Below, piece after piece: positions 34,501 to 45,800 of a stretch of 64,000 nucleotides of DNA. Each line of letters begins with the position of its first letter. Position 1 is the stretch's first letter. The stretch lies in contig CAJINV010000003.1 in the NCBI GenBank assembly GCA_905178155.1, positions 8,786,179 through 8,850,178 on the forward strand, written 5' to 3'. The stretch comes from Amoebophrya sp. A120. Its lineage: Eukaryota; Protista; Dinoflagellata. A model generated the notes under the pieces. The model did no database searches. It was not told where the DNA came from and saw nothing but the letters and a program-made list of their open reading frames with translations. Position numbers and translations under genes: made by a program.

Positions 34501-35031
34501 ATGGCCTAGCATCACAGATTTTTGGAGGGCTTCCTGTTGCCTATTCCGCGTGACAAATGCCCCCTCCACGTAGGACAAACCCCAGCAGACATATTTGCAG
34601 TTGATATCGTCAACATTGCGACAACTTATCAGCTCGGAATACGCACCCAGCTCGCGAATCCGCCGGCAGATCAAGTGGGTCACCTGCGATCCAAAGTCGA
34701 TATGGGAGCGTCAGGGCGGATAGAGTCACCAAATAAATGAGAATGGGAGGGTACTAGAGCATGAAGATGAAGCGCGCGAGAGAATAAACTCGCTGCGTTT
34801 ATTCTGGGGGGTGTTTTGATGCCCCACACAGCATTAAAGAGTCAGCATGCGTTCAAAAAGCAATAACGAGTTCAAATGGTGGAAACGAAAATGGAAACGG
34901 AGGTGTGATGATCGCTTTGGCTTTTATCTTAGTGCGGAAGGCTGAAACCGAATCATTTTCATTTTGGCGATTCCCTAACTGACGCTTCCATAGTCAACGA
35001 CTGCAACTTTGTCTCCTGTGATGCCCTCCAT
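19541..35031 (-). CDS. GMPS: GMP synthase (glutamine-hydrolysing), about 16 exons
   Basis: Spliced motifs [159 protein letters not shown]. About 12 TIR introns; GT-AG introns 30115-30847 and 20035-28842. Confidence 0.96.
19602..19934. mobile_element. TIR/DR introner (GMPS last intron)
   Basis: TATGCATGGCAAGTATGTCTGAGTCTG / TATTCACTGCAAACATGTCTGAGTCTG; flanks GGTTG/TATTA; restores G(V/I)NRVCYD. Confidence 0.88.
22545..24380. repeat. Fold-back repeat region: inverted arms built from an 82-bp palindromic unit, with a central cluster of 28-bp palindromes
   Basis: Unit GAAATGGAATCTGTAATGCGGATTTGCCTCAAGAACTTCTTGAGGAAAATCCGCATCACAGATTCCATTTCCAACGCTTGCA in tandem at ~23790-24290; 22545-23150 carries inverted copies; AATTGTTGAAATGGCCATTTCAACAATT-type palindromes x4 at 23315-23460; hairpin AGAAAGGGTGTCTGTAGTGACTACAGACACCCTTTCT at ~23614 and ~24335. 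Confidence 0.92.
24467..27443 (-). CDS. Hidden nested hypothetical protein (190 aa, 10 exons, 9 TIR introners) inside the GMPS intron
   Basis: Exons 27443-27266, 27036-27028, 26845-26805, 26550-26522, 26237-26148, 25838-25779, 25444-25327, 25061-25042, 24738-24727 and 24482-24467 sum to 573 nt and read open from ATG to TGA when each element+5 nt is removed. Confidence 0.65.
24488..24726. mobile_element. TIR/DR introner (nested gene)
   Basis: Near-perfect TIR TATGGCGTTCTCAA(C/T)TGTTACATTCTC; perfect DR GGCCC. Confidence 0.92.
24744..25041. mobile_element. TIR introner (nested gene), inverted paralogue of 26243-26521
   Basis: TATCCTGAGCAAAAACGTCCCC / TATCCTGAGTAAAAGCGTCCCC; sense DR GGGTT/GGACT. 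Confidence 0.88.
25067..25326. mobile_element. TIR introner (nested gene)
   Basis: TATCAGAGTGCACACACCCCC / TATGAAAGTGCCCTGCGCCCCC; sense DR TCCCC/CCCAC. Confidence 0.75.
25450..25778. mobile_element. TIR introner (nested gene)
   Basis: TATCCTGCGCAAAAATATCGCACCCGTA / TATGCAATGCAAAAGCATCGCACTCGTA; sense DR GGGTG/GGGTT. Confidence 0.85.
25844..26147. mobile_element. TIR introner (nested gene), inverted paralogue of 31260-31573
   Basis: CATGGAGCTGTCAGGTTTGAAATC / TATGGATGTGTCAGAGTTGAAATC; sense DR CATGG/CGTGG. Confidence 0.88.
26243..26521. mobile_element. TIR/DR introner (nested gene)
   Basis: Perfect TIR TATCCTGTGTAAAAACGTCCCCACCCCA; perfect DR GTTCT. Confidence 0.93.
26556..26804. mobile_element. 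TIR introner (nested gene)
   Basis: TATCAAAGGTAAAAGGGTCTGGGTCTGGAA / TATCAGGTGCAAAAGTGTCTGGGTCTGGAA; DR degenerate (GACGG/TGCTC). Confidence 0.85.
26851..27027. mobile_element. TIR introner (nested gene)
   Basis: CATCCTGTGCAAAAGTATC / TATCTATTGCAAAAGAATC; sense DR GCCGT/CCCGC. Confidence 0.78.
27042..27265. mobile_element. TIR introner (nested gene)
   Basis: CATCCTTTAGACAAAACCCCCCACCCC / TATCCTTTGCAAAAACACCCCGCCCC; sense DR GGCGG/GCAGG. Confidence 0.78.
28989..29293. mobile_element. TIR/DR introner (GMPS)
   Basis: TATGGAGGGAAGC / TATAGAGGGGAAGT; DR CAGAC/CGGAC; joins LREAD-NIFI. Confidence 0.88.
29374..29672. mobile_element. TIR/DR introner (GMPS)
   Basis: TATGGCCTCCTCAGACGT / TATGGCCTTCTCGTCAGACGT; DR TTCCC/CTCCC; restores RHPFP-GPGLA. 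Confidence 0.92.
29762..30083. mobile_element. TIR/DR introner (GMPS)
   Basis: TATCAAAAGGAAAAATCCCCCCACCCCATATTGAAAA / TATTGTGAGGAAAAATCCCCCCTCCCCATATCGAAAA; DR CTCTC/CTCCC; restores [13 protein letters not shown]. Confidence 0.92.
31260..31573. mobile_element. TIR/DR introner (GMPS)
   Basis: ~57-nt TIRs TATGG(A/C)A..GTCAGGATT.AAAT.G.CAA.GTTGAAAT; perfect DR GTATT; restores LGGI-SGGVDS. Confidence 0.93.
31614..31765. mobile_element. TIR/DR introner (GMPS)
   Basis: TATGAACTGCAAAAGTATCGTACTCGTATAAA / TATCCTGTGCAAAAGTATCGCATTCGTATAAA; DR CGAGC/CGTGC; restores IRE-QVG. Confidence 0.92.
32479..32754. mobile_element. TIR/DR introner (GMPS)
   Basis: TATGCATCGCAAAT / TATGACATGCAAAA; perfect DR AACTT; restores [13 protein letters not shown]. 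Confidence 0.88.
32790..33232. mobile_element. TIR/DR introner (GMPS)
   Basis: TATCCTGTGCAAAAAC / TGTCCTGTGGAAAAAC; DR GAGTA/GAGCA; restores NCEY-AAIF. Confidence 0.88.
33432..33884. mobile_element. Degenerate TIR introner (GMPS)
   Basis: TATGCAAAAAAATTGAACTTT / TGTCGAACAAAAAACGTGAACTTT; DR CCCAG/GCCAA; restores GSQ-REFGYA. Confidence 0.75.
33951..34273. mobile_element. Introner-like intron that is also readable as GT-AG (33950-34277) (GMPS)
   Basis: TAT...ATA ends with DR GGTAG/GGTAT but weak TIR; restores PVLG-ICYG. Confidence 0.55.
34417..34606. mobile_element. TIR/DR introner (GMPS)
   Basis: TATCAACTGCAAATATGTCTG / TATCATTTGCAAACATGTCTG; perfect DR GACGA; joins RNVD-EQYL. Confidence 0.92.
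34701..34992. mobile_element. TIR/DR introner (GMPS intron 1)
   Basis: TATGGAAGCGTCAG / TATGGGAGCGTCAG; DR TTGAC/TCGAC; restores VVD-FGSQ. Confidence 0.92.
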
Positions 35032-36861
35032 CCTGGAGGAAGGCGGTAACTATAGAGGGGACAAAAGGATTGACTTTACGTCAGAGTGCTGCGGCTAGCC
35101 GCCCTAGGGAAACCCGCTGTCATCCATGCAGAGTTGACGCAATGTTCCGCAGTTTTGGCATGCAGAAAGCTCAAATAAAAAATCAACCTTACTTAATGCG
35201 CCAACGGTCTGGAGTGATTTTGATTTCAATTTTTGTGCACACTCTGCATTGTAAAAGATACACCAGGAGCTGCCACTGCGTCCGCGTCGGCAGACCCACA
35301 TGACACGGTTTGCGTAGGCACTCTAGACGATCATCAATGACCACATCACCTCCATAGTGACGAGGAGGAGCTGCTGCTCGCTGTGCTGCGCGTCGACGCT
35401 TCTACAGAAGGAGCGGGCTCCTGATGCAACATTTGCCACAAAAATCGAGACTGTTAAACCGGTAAATGCGTTGTAGTTCAATATTGTTTTCCATTCAAAC
35501 TCAAAAACAATACTGCCTAACAAGGAAAACAAAATCCACGAAGAACATGATTGAAAAGCAAATGCGGAAAAGAAGAAGCTAGACTAGTAAGTCCTTCCTG
35601 CTCCTCGTCCTGCAACTGTCCTACGTTGATACTGGCAGGCTGATAGTATGTGACCGCGTTCTGTTCTTCTTCTTTTCCCGAACTGCTACAGCTAGTACGG
35701 AGTATCGAGTATTTCAAACAGAAGCTCTTAAAGTGTAATGCAGTCACCGAATGTACCTACTAAAAGTGCAAGTAGCTGCAAGGTTGCGGCTGGAATACGA
35801 TGAATGCCACTGTCGTATTGCTGAAACTTGCCCTCGTACTTTTGGAATCAGCATTTGACTCTGCTCTCGTGTTGATTTTTTGATGATCATATTCAGAAGT
35901 GAGAGTGACGATCGACTTCGACTACGTGATCGATTTTTACATCGGCGCGCGCGAGTACGCAAATACTAATCGTGATCTGCAGCTTTTCCCAGGATTGCAC
36001 GACAGACTAAAAAGTCTTACTCTTGACAGACTGGCTGCACGACAGGCGGCGAACAAGCTGAAGCACACTGCACATGTAAATTAGTCTTCGGCGGTCATCT
36101 CTTCAGCGCGCTCTGCCATCTCCTCCATCATTTCATATCATTCCAATCCTCTGCGTCCTCTGGCAGAAAAAGGATACTGGTGGTAAGTAACTTCAGTTTG
36201 TTTGTAGTTTCTTTATCTTTTACAAAAGTTACATAAACCTTGATTCCAGTGCCAGTTTGTCGGCCATAGTTCCGGTTCCGCGCACACTTCCGCCCCTGTC
36301 TCACTACATAATACTAACTCCTATTGCCGGCGTCGGTTTCGGTTTTGCTAAATATCGTTCGTACACGTAAAAGATAACCATAGTCCTAATTTCGACGCAC
36401 CTGCTCAAGGGCGATCGCATCCGAGATGACCACAGCAAGGTCTCCTCGCTGACCCTGCTCAGCGGACCACTGGAGCATATGTGTAAATTAAGGTACTTTT
36501 GTTCTCAATCTCATTTCTGATACTCACTATTTCAGCTTGGTAATCGTAAGGGAATAAAATAGCAACACTCTCAAAAGTAGGATGGCAGCGCGGCTCCAGC
36601 CCGAGTGGGCAGAGCGACGTGGTCATACTCTCAGCTACAGAGTTGATCGACGAGCAAAGGCGTTGTCCATCGAGCCAATTCTGTTGTCAAACCTAACTAC
36701 ATTGATATTACTGGCCTCCGCTACGTAGCGGATCTTGTTTGTACTTTTTTGTTCTGACGCAAGTACAGTCTGTTGCTTCCTTCTGTTCATCCTGCTTTGA
36801 GAGGCTCTCAAAGAAACTACTACTTAGATCCTGGACGTACAAAGTGATCTTATTTTCAGGC

Positions 36862-39800
36862 TTACTGCTGCAATCTTTTCAATCGTAACTCTCGAATCAA
36901 AGCTATGATCTCGTGCAGAAAAGGGATCATGGAGGAAAACTTCTGTATACTAGGGATGGAGATGATAGTACAAGTACGACTTGCTGGTGGCAAGAAATTA
37001 CTCATCAGTACTATATATCAAGTATAGTATTTGCATTTATATTTAATGGGCTTCAGTACAACTCTTTGGGTCTTCACTTTTTCTCGATATGAAGCTTCGC
37101 CCAATTGCTTTTTCCGCTGATGGTTTCGTCCGTGATCTTCAGGACCGTGTGCTCGAGCACATGTGAGGCGCAGTTTGTGAAGAAATTTTCGAGCCGAATA
37201 TCGCCATACTGCTCGAGCGTATCCGCCCAATACTGTTCCGCACGCAGTACCGGGTCTTTTTCGATTTCATGACGATCCTGGTCCTCCTCGCCGCCCTGAA
37301 GAACAGCAACATCACCACCGCGGGTACGTTGAGTGTTTGTGTTGCTGCTGCTGCTGGCGTTCGCCTTGCTTCTATCGGAGGTATTGCTTGCACCCAAGAG
37401 TGCACTGGCTGCGGCTGCGCCCCCCACTTCTGCTGCTTCGCTTGCACCGGTGCCCCCGAAAGAGCTTGAGGAGGTTTTGGTCCCCGCAGCCGAAGGCGAC
37501 GAAGAACCGCGTAACGGTGGCCGCAACTTCATCTCCTCGGCGCGCGACACGCCTGCGAATAAATCTTTGTCCGGAAAATCCATCAGCAGGGCGCTCCGTG
37601 GGAGGGATACTCTGGATCCGGTATCGGCGTCGGAATGATCCCTATGAAAGTGAACAACTGGTGGTACTCTAACTCTCCGTCCCGCCCTGTTCTGGAACAA
37701 GAAAGCAGATACTCACTCATATTTATACCGCATACCGCTACCGCATCGGAATAAGAAGAACTAGAACAATGTGGCGGGAAATACAGAGTTTGGTGACGTC
37801 GAATTCGCGATGCCCATGGAATTGAAATTGGTGTACTAATAAATTACTAACTTGCTTTTCTTTTTTCATTATAAATGTGTGGGGTTCATGGGGCACTTGT
37901 CGTTGTCACCAGACAACGTTGACGATCACGACAGCCCCAGAAGCGCCGTTGTAGTTGTACACATTCTTTTTTCATGGGAGTTCTATTCTTGGCCTTTTCC
38001 TCGTTTTGATGCATCGCAAAGGACGAGTATGAGAAGCACACGGACGAGCAGGAGTGTCACGAGTTGTCCGCTATCGTAAGCTTTTCCTCGTTCTTCATGA
38101 GGCCTCGATGACGAGGAGGAGGAAGAGCCCCCGCTCGCCCCAGCAACAACGTCGATGGGCGGAGGCAGTACAAGCGGATCAGTCCTCTGCTTGACGCGCA
38201 GCTCCGGTAGCCCCTCAAGTACCGATGGTCTGGCGCCGGTGGTGGGATCGAGCTGCGAGAAATACGGTGCAGGTTGCGCCGCTTGTTGCGCAAGGAAATC
38301 CTTGAAGGAGTCCCCGTTCAAAAACACACGCATTCCCTCGATGATGTTGTCGCACACGGTCGCGAAGTCTTCCTTTGGCTTGCTCGAAGATGAGGACGTC
38401 GCAAGTGCGGCTTGTGGTTCTCCATCTCCGCCTTGAATCACCATGGATCCTATTCGTGCCGGCTGGGATGGGGAAGATGCCTCCACTGCCCCTCCTGCTT
38501 GCACCAAGTGCTTTTCCCTCGGAAGAGCTACCGCAAGGTCGCTGCTCTCCTCTGCTCGGCATGCGACGGACAATCGCACAAACAGCGGAAAACTAGCGAG
38601 GGACTCCCCAGTCTGTGGCAACGAAGCAGTGTGTCCACCTGGTGTGATGTTGTGTTTCCTATTATGTCACTAAAAATAGTTGTACAAATTGATAACTAGC
38701 AGCTCTCGCATTCATGCCCCTGATTCTGCAGCCTGTGTTGTTGATCTGATGATCATATTAATCCTCTTCCCCATTGCAGTAGCAGTTGCAGAAAGTGAAT
38801 GACCAAAGAGCATTTTCATTTTCATGCAGCTGCAGCTCGAGATAAAGTCATTAAAGATGTAGATAGTTGAAGCTACGCCTACTACTAAGTAGAGGCTGCC
38901 GAAGAACTCTACTAAGTAAAGGTCTTCGGCAGCCTGAGTTGCTGGGAGGGAAACGGTGGAAAGCAGCGTCCTACTCATGCAATTACTTACATAAGGAGCT
39001 GCCGCCCGATCCATATTTGAGTGAGTGAATGAATGAAGATGACAGACACAAACTGACGGTGTTGGATTGCTAAAACAGCAGCGACAAACAGGCCTACGTG
39101 AAATCAAAAAACAATAAACAATATCAGATATCAACTCTCCCAGATGATCATGATGATGACGAAAAGTAGAGGCTAGAACTACAGTACGAGTCACTACTTA
39201 CCTTGACTGTGAAAAGACTCCGACAGCACTTGGCTGAAGCCAAGGTTTTCCTTATCTAGGTCATCTGTCTTCGTTTCCTGTTCGCGCGACCTGAGGAAGT
39301 TCTGCTCAAGCTTTTTGTAGGCACGGCGGGGCGTGAGATTCGAGATGTGGGAGGAGAGCAGTGCCGTTCGATCCAGACTGCGATTTAGGTACTTCTGACC
39401 CGCGGCTGTGCTCATGAGCGCGCGGAAACGCGCGACCGTGAGGCGGTTTACAACGGAGACGTGTCGATTTGCAAAGTTGTGAGGATCATAGGTTGGCTCG
39501 TGTACTGCGTCGGTATGCGCCGCGAAAACCTCCTCTTCTATCATCGGCCGCTCCCACGGATCTGGACCCGGTGGCGGTGGTGGGTGCAGCAGTTCCCACG
39601 ATATCTGACACTCTAAATCCCCGACCAATTCCAGTGGACCTAGGAGTAAACCAGAGTTGTAGATGTTGAAAATATAAATAATTCACTCATTAACTACATA
39701 AAAAGCAAATGCTTTTGATGACTAGCTTAATTCTGTACCAGTTCCAGCAGTTCATCTCATTATATTTTGAAAAAATGTTCGCTTCGTCGCCTCTTTCTTC

Positions 39801-42800
39801 ATTCGCATTCTGAACAATGATCATGAAGCAAAAGAGCCTCCTCCTGGACCTCCTACATATAATTATAAAAATACTCAAAAATAAACACTACATGTACATT
39901 TTCCAAGAAGGACCACCGGACTTACCTTCGATACAGTGGAGCCGGAAAAGAATCATCTGGTGCGTCCCGGGATAAAGCGTCCCGGACTCCGGTGTGATGG
40001 AGAACTCCTCCATGTTTCGGAAGAGTCCCTGTGTGTGCCACTGGAAGCTGAGAACGCTATCCCTGGAATAGTTGACAAGCGCTACCACCTTGGTGTTGAT
40101 GGAGTCCACTGGTACCACGCCAAAGTCGACCGCCTCGCACGGTGTATGGAGTCGCCAGCGATGGGAAACAATCATCGAAATGAAAAAGATGAAAATACTT
40201 TATACAAAAAAAAATGTCAGGCGACACCGAAGCGCGGCGCGGCCTTTTCTTTTGCTACATCGTGTATTGAATGCGTGGTTCTCATCTGCGGGAGGCCGGA
40301 AAAGGATGTCTCCCAAGGAGCGAGAACGTATTGGTAGGTCAGGCCCAGGCAGACAGCAGCGTATAGAGTTCCTCCATCGCCATCACATCCAAGCCAAGGA
40401 GACCAAGTTTTACTTTTTCAGGCTGGGTCCCAACTTCGATGTCAGTTTCTCTTACATTCGCAGGGCTTCGCAACGTTTCCTACAAAGAAAAGGAAGAATC
40501 CAAATCAACTTGCATCTTCAAATGCACAAATTTCTTCAGGCATCCTCAAATCCCTCGGGTCACTATCATGTGGGTGATTGTATTTGAAGACTCAAACTAA
40601 TCCGCACCGATCGTGTGCAATGTCAGAGCCAAAAAAACAACATTGGAATCCAGTTTCATTTCTACGGACGGTTTCCCATCTTGCGCGTCCGTACGAGAGA
40701 GCCGCACCGTAATTAGGCAGAGGCGCGTACGTCTGTAGCGGAAGGGTCGGTCCAAAGGGTGGAGTAAGGTACTCCGGGGGCGCCTCTCCCTTCTTCGGGT
40801 CGAAGCCCGTTGCGCACAGTTCGAAGTCCAACGTTTCCACCACAGTTCCGTCTCGCAACGTCAAATCGATTTTGATCGGGCACCGTATCGGCTTTGCTTC
40901 GATGGGCGTAAAGTAGGCGCTATTCCGAGAAAACTTACCACCTCCATCCAATTTGTTACACAAAGCACGACGTTGAAACAGTTTCCGCTGCTAGGGGACG
41001 CGGCCAACGTCCCTGCCTGGGCCGCGTCCCTGTTGCTTTATAAAACTTAAAACGGTAGTGGTAGCCACAATCGTCATTGTTTTTGCGAAGTACGAGCGAG
41101 GGCGAGCACGAATAGTACCGCATGATAGCCACTTGCGCGGCAATGGCAAACTCTACCTCGTATAGTTACATTGGACGAGATGAACAAACTTCTGCTAGTT
41201 TTATTCGTCCCCACGATAGGTGATGCATGGGGATGGTAAATTTTCAGGGCATAGGCGTGCAGGAAAAGACGTGACTTGGGATCCAGGTTGCCCGAAGTGG
41301 GGTGGATGGTCAGGAGCGGGAACCCGTAGTTCTGTGCTTGCAAATCGTTGATGCTGGCCTGGTTCAGCATCCAGTATGCTGGGGCACTCCCGCAGTTGCT
41401 CAATTCGATTACCTGTAGTGGGCCTCGCTCGTAGCCGATAGGGACAGGCCGGAGTGTGATCGCGTTCGCGCGGACGCTCAGCCTGCCGATATTTGGTGGC
41501 AACGTGTTTGCCTTACAGTAGAACACCATGGACTTGCCTCGCAACACGGTGAGGACGAAGGGGAGAATATGCGTGCCGACGCTGATATGGACGTGCCAAG
41601 TGGTAGAATTGAAAAAATCAAAATGGAAACACTATAAATATTCATGCAACTACAGTCCAGGTGGATTGATCAGGGTTCACGCAACGTGGGAGCATCTCAC
41701 CGAAACCCGAGTCGGGCAGAGCCATCAACTACAAACAGCGATTGCTCGCCGACACATAACATGAAAATCGATGCCCACTCCTGTAAAAATATCCGCATAT
41801 TTTTCTACTTACGTGGCGCAGCATGGAAAATTTTTCGGATCCTCCGAGTTAGTTTGTCCCTGTTGGTGTCGTTGAGAGCAAATCCGAGATCATGCTTCTC
41901 GACAACCCCATTCATGCTTCTCGACAACCCCCAGAAGATCGTAGTCAGGCTTACAATCAGCCCCCGTAGTTGCCTCGAGTGCACTGAATTCGACTGCGGC
42001 ATCTCTCTGCCATTATGTAAATTTTACTTATTTTCCATTTTGTCGATTTCCAACCAACTGAAGAGCCTCTGATAGCTGAAGTGCTGGTACGTGAATCGCA
42101 CGAACTGAAACTCTCCCGGCGCGATGGTTGCGGTCTTTGGGTACACGTCGAGGACCTTGTGGTTCTCGACCCACTCGTAGTGGTGTTCCGCCATCATCAG
42201 CCTCTGCTCCTCCACGGTTGGTTCGTCCCCCGTGCTGGCGCCCCCCTGACTGGTTCCCCGGTGCCATGGGGGAATCTCGTCGTGCCACAGAGGCACATCT
42301 TGCAACTGCAGGTCGCCTGGGGTCTGTAGTTCGAACTCTACTGGCACGTCCGTCGGGTTCGTTAGAACCTTAAAGATATTCATCATCTCGGTTTTAGCGT
42401 ATTTGTTGTTCCCTTAAACTTCTACATGCATGATAAGCCGTACACATATCATACAGCCTGTGTCCGACGTGGGCGCTCTACGAAATAGGAAGGGTCAAAA
42501 AGTCCAAAACGTCGCTATGACGCACTGATCGTGTTGACCCACGCCTGTCGGTCGTTCGCAATAGAAAACTACTCCTGGCGAGAAAATATTTGCACTATTT
42601 CATCAAATGAATCAACATCAGTATTCACTTTCAGCATTGCAAATGGATATAGAGGCTGCACCAAGTAGACGACGGTTGGTTGATTGCCGTACGGCGCGGT
42701 TCCAAAGTTCAGCTGGTAGCTACCCAACTGCGGCAGGAGTTTTCGTCGCGCGTCGAATCCGAGCGCGCTCTGGAACTTCCGATCTACCGCGCTGGGTCGC

Positions 42801-45800
42801 AGCCGTTGCCCCTCAAATCATATGGAAATCCTCTACCACCTGTAGCCATCTCAAAAAGTGCACAACTGCTACTGGGCTTGCACCTCGCAGTGTCAACATT
42901 CTAAATGAGTGTCAGAAGTGCCGTCAAAACTACAAGTATAACGGTGCAAGGCTATAAAGAAACATGCCACGTACTAATGCAATTTCGAAAATAATGCAAC
43001 AAGGGCAAGATTACGGCGACCGCGAGCCGCAGTCTGCTGCAGCTCTACTTTTCCGCGTCCTTATATATAGGTTGTATTAATTTTTTGTCCTATACCCAGC
43101 AGAAGTTTCGATTTATAGAAATTTCCCACTTTGCGAACCATGGAATGGAGGTGGTAAGCCTGACTTTCTCTACCATAACTGATTGAAGTCATCAACTTGG
43201 CAGTAAGTCCAGAGCATCGACACTGGCTGGGACACCGCGGACTCCTGCCGGACATCCGATATTTGCACGAGCGGCGACTGGGCATCTGCGCGCACGCTGA
43301 AGTGCGCCTCGAGATCCGCTTCGCTCTGGTCTGGTAGTGGATGGTGAAAGGCGACCGGAACCACGCGAATGTGCCACTGATGCACGCCGCGCCGCTTCGG
43401 GTTCACCTCAAACTTCAGGTCCACAAAACCCCGAGGGCCCACTGCACCCTCGGTTTTCTCAAATACCAGGGAGTCGCGAAACAGCGCCGCGCGATCCTCG
43501 TTGCGCTCCAGCGGGTCCTTCGGGGGCTGTGGGCTGGGAGGGTAGCTATACCGGTCCGTGATGCGCGGGGAATTCAAAGGCGTGCTGTGTTTAGTTTGTC
43601 CTCTCGTCTCTAGTAGATCAATCGCATTTAGATTTATTCATTTTCATCGTGCTTTATTAGTCGCCTGAACGTGAACCTGGACCTGCGCATTCCGAGAAGA
43701 GCGGTTCTCATGCATTGTGTCTTCGAGCGCCCTTCAGCTACTTGCAGGCGAAAGTCAAAGGATAAGGAAGGTATTCATTTCTAATTGTCATTGTGTTTAT
43801 CTTTATAATTATGTACTTACATTATAGTTGGTCATACGTATAATTTCTGTTCTCGAACGGACAGGAAGACCAACGGGTGGACGCCCGACGAGCGCGCAGG
43901 CACACACAAAAAAAAGCAAAAAAGAAACGCAACGCGCCGCGAATACCTCTTGCCGTCCCTATGACTTCCCTTCGGAGAACGCATTTGTTCAATGCTTTTT
44001 CTGAGCGGACTCCTATCAAGTTCCAGTCGTTCAAATTCAAATTGAACCTCGAGCTTGAACCGTACTTCCTGATTGCTGTTGTTGAAGAGCCGCACCTCCG
44101 CCTTGGTTTTGTCTGGATGCGTGGCAGTTAGCACACCTAGGTCCACTGACGAAGTTTCGAGAGACAGTGCCTGTCATAGATGCAAAAAATGGATATAATG
44201 CCGAAAGCTTGCATGTAGTCTTCTCCGTACTTCATCATCAAATGTTGCACTACTTCAGTGCCTCTTCCTTTTTGACGTCAGCAGACACTACTTCACCAAC
44301 TTTGCTGTGCCAATGGGAAAAAAAGTAGTTAATTGACGCTGAACTATGACTATCTTCCTTTTTGGTTATTATTTTCTGAACAAACTACAAGTACAAAGGC
44401 GTCTGTACCGGTTGTTGGCCGTGTCCTACTAGTTGAATGGCATAGGGTTTTCTTGCCGTCGGGTGCGGTGCAGGTTCTTCGACACAGAAATCTCCTTCCC
44501 CGGCAACATCCTCGATTGCGCGCGGCCCAAAGAAATTTCGGTCCTGTATTGCAAAGACCCTCTCTCTATGGATGTGTCAGGTACCGAGGCATCGTCACCT
44601 GAATGGAGTCGATCTTTATACATTTATCTAACATGCAAAAAAACGTCTGCAATAGGAGCCGCTGTTAGCTTAGTGGTCGGCGTCGGCTCGAGATATATAC
44701 CTTCAAAGCTATTCGACGCGCATTTGTAGTGCCTCGGGCTATTTGGAGAATGTAAAAATAAAGAGCACTATGCAAAATTACGCTTTAATGCTAGCCATCA
44801 GCCCAACTTTTACTCTTGACCGTGAAAAATAGCTGAAATAAAATTCCGATTCGCATGCTGCCATATCAAATGTATGATGTCACTTGCAAGAATGCAGTCA
44901 CTCTTTGACGCCTCGCATTGAATGCATCGCAAAATATTTCGTCCAGTGAGCGACCTACCCCTGCGCCTGACACTTCCATACTTGTCGTCGTCGGCGTATC
45001 GCTTCTCAGTGGCGTAGACGCTTATCGCGGTTGCTATCTGCCCGGCGGCTTCTGGCGTAAACTTAAGGGCAATCTGACTGCTTTCAGCTGGTCCGAGTTG
45101 GCCTTCCGCCTCCTCAACGTGAAACACGCTGCGAAATCGTGCTGGTATCCTTACATCATAGCTGATGGGAATCTCCGTCCGGTTTCGAACCTTTTTTAAG
45201 TGCGTTTTTTTTTTTTAACCGTAGGCACGCACTCACCCCGCGGGGTGGCGTCGCCGGAAAAACCAAGAACAGCTCTGTTTTTCAAGATTCTCTTTCTCAT
45301 CGTCCTACTATATATATTAGAATCAAATTACTCAAGCGATCCGTGGCAAGATTAAAGCGCTGCAACCAGCAAAACCTCCATGCGTTTGCACATTAAAAGG
45401 GATGACATTTTTGCCCTTGTTGTTACCATAAGGGCTCGCGTAGATTTCAAGCCTTGGCAGGTCAGCGGAAAGGTAAGCAGATTTTTCACATCCAGCTTCG
45501 TTTGCCAACACCTCCCCTGCACGTGCACGTAACGGTACTCGGTTTCCTAGTATCAAAAGGAATAGCGCCCCTACCACCACGGAGCTGCGGGCAACGTTTT
45601 CTATGCTTGTTCCGCAATAGGGATGTTGAAACGCATGCAGCTACTTGCTTCTTCGAGCGTGGAGGCCCCGTTGCTGCTGTTTATATATAGCATGATGCTC
45701 GCAAGTGCTTAGTTTAGTACATGTAGAGCAGTGATGCACTATCAATGAGAAGCGTCACAAGGTAAAATGTAAGCCGTCTCTCATCTCGTCATGTCGAGGC

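Noticed and set aside
42821-43177. TAT...ATA candidate introner in CFAP65
   Set aside because: Element+5 removal is out of frame (element+4 would be needed) and the TIR is weak; junction left unresolved.
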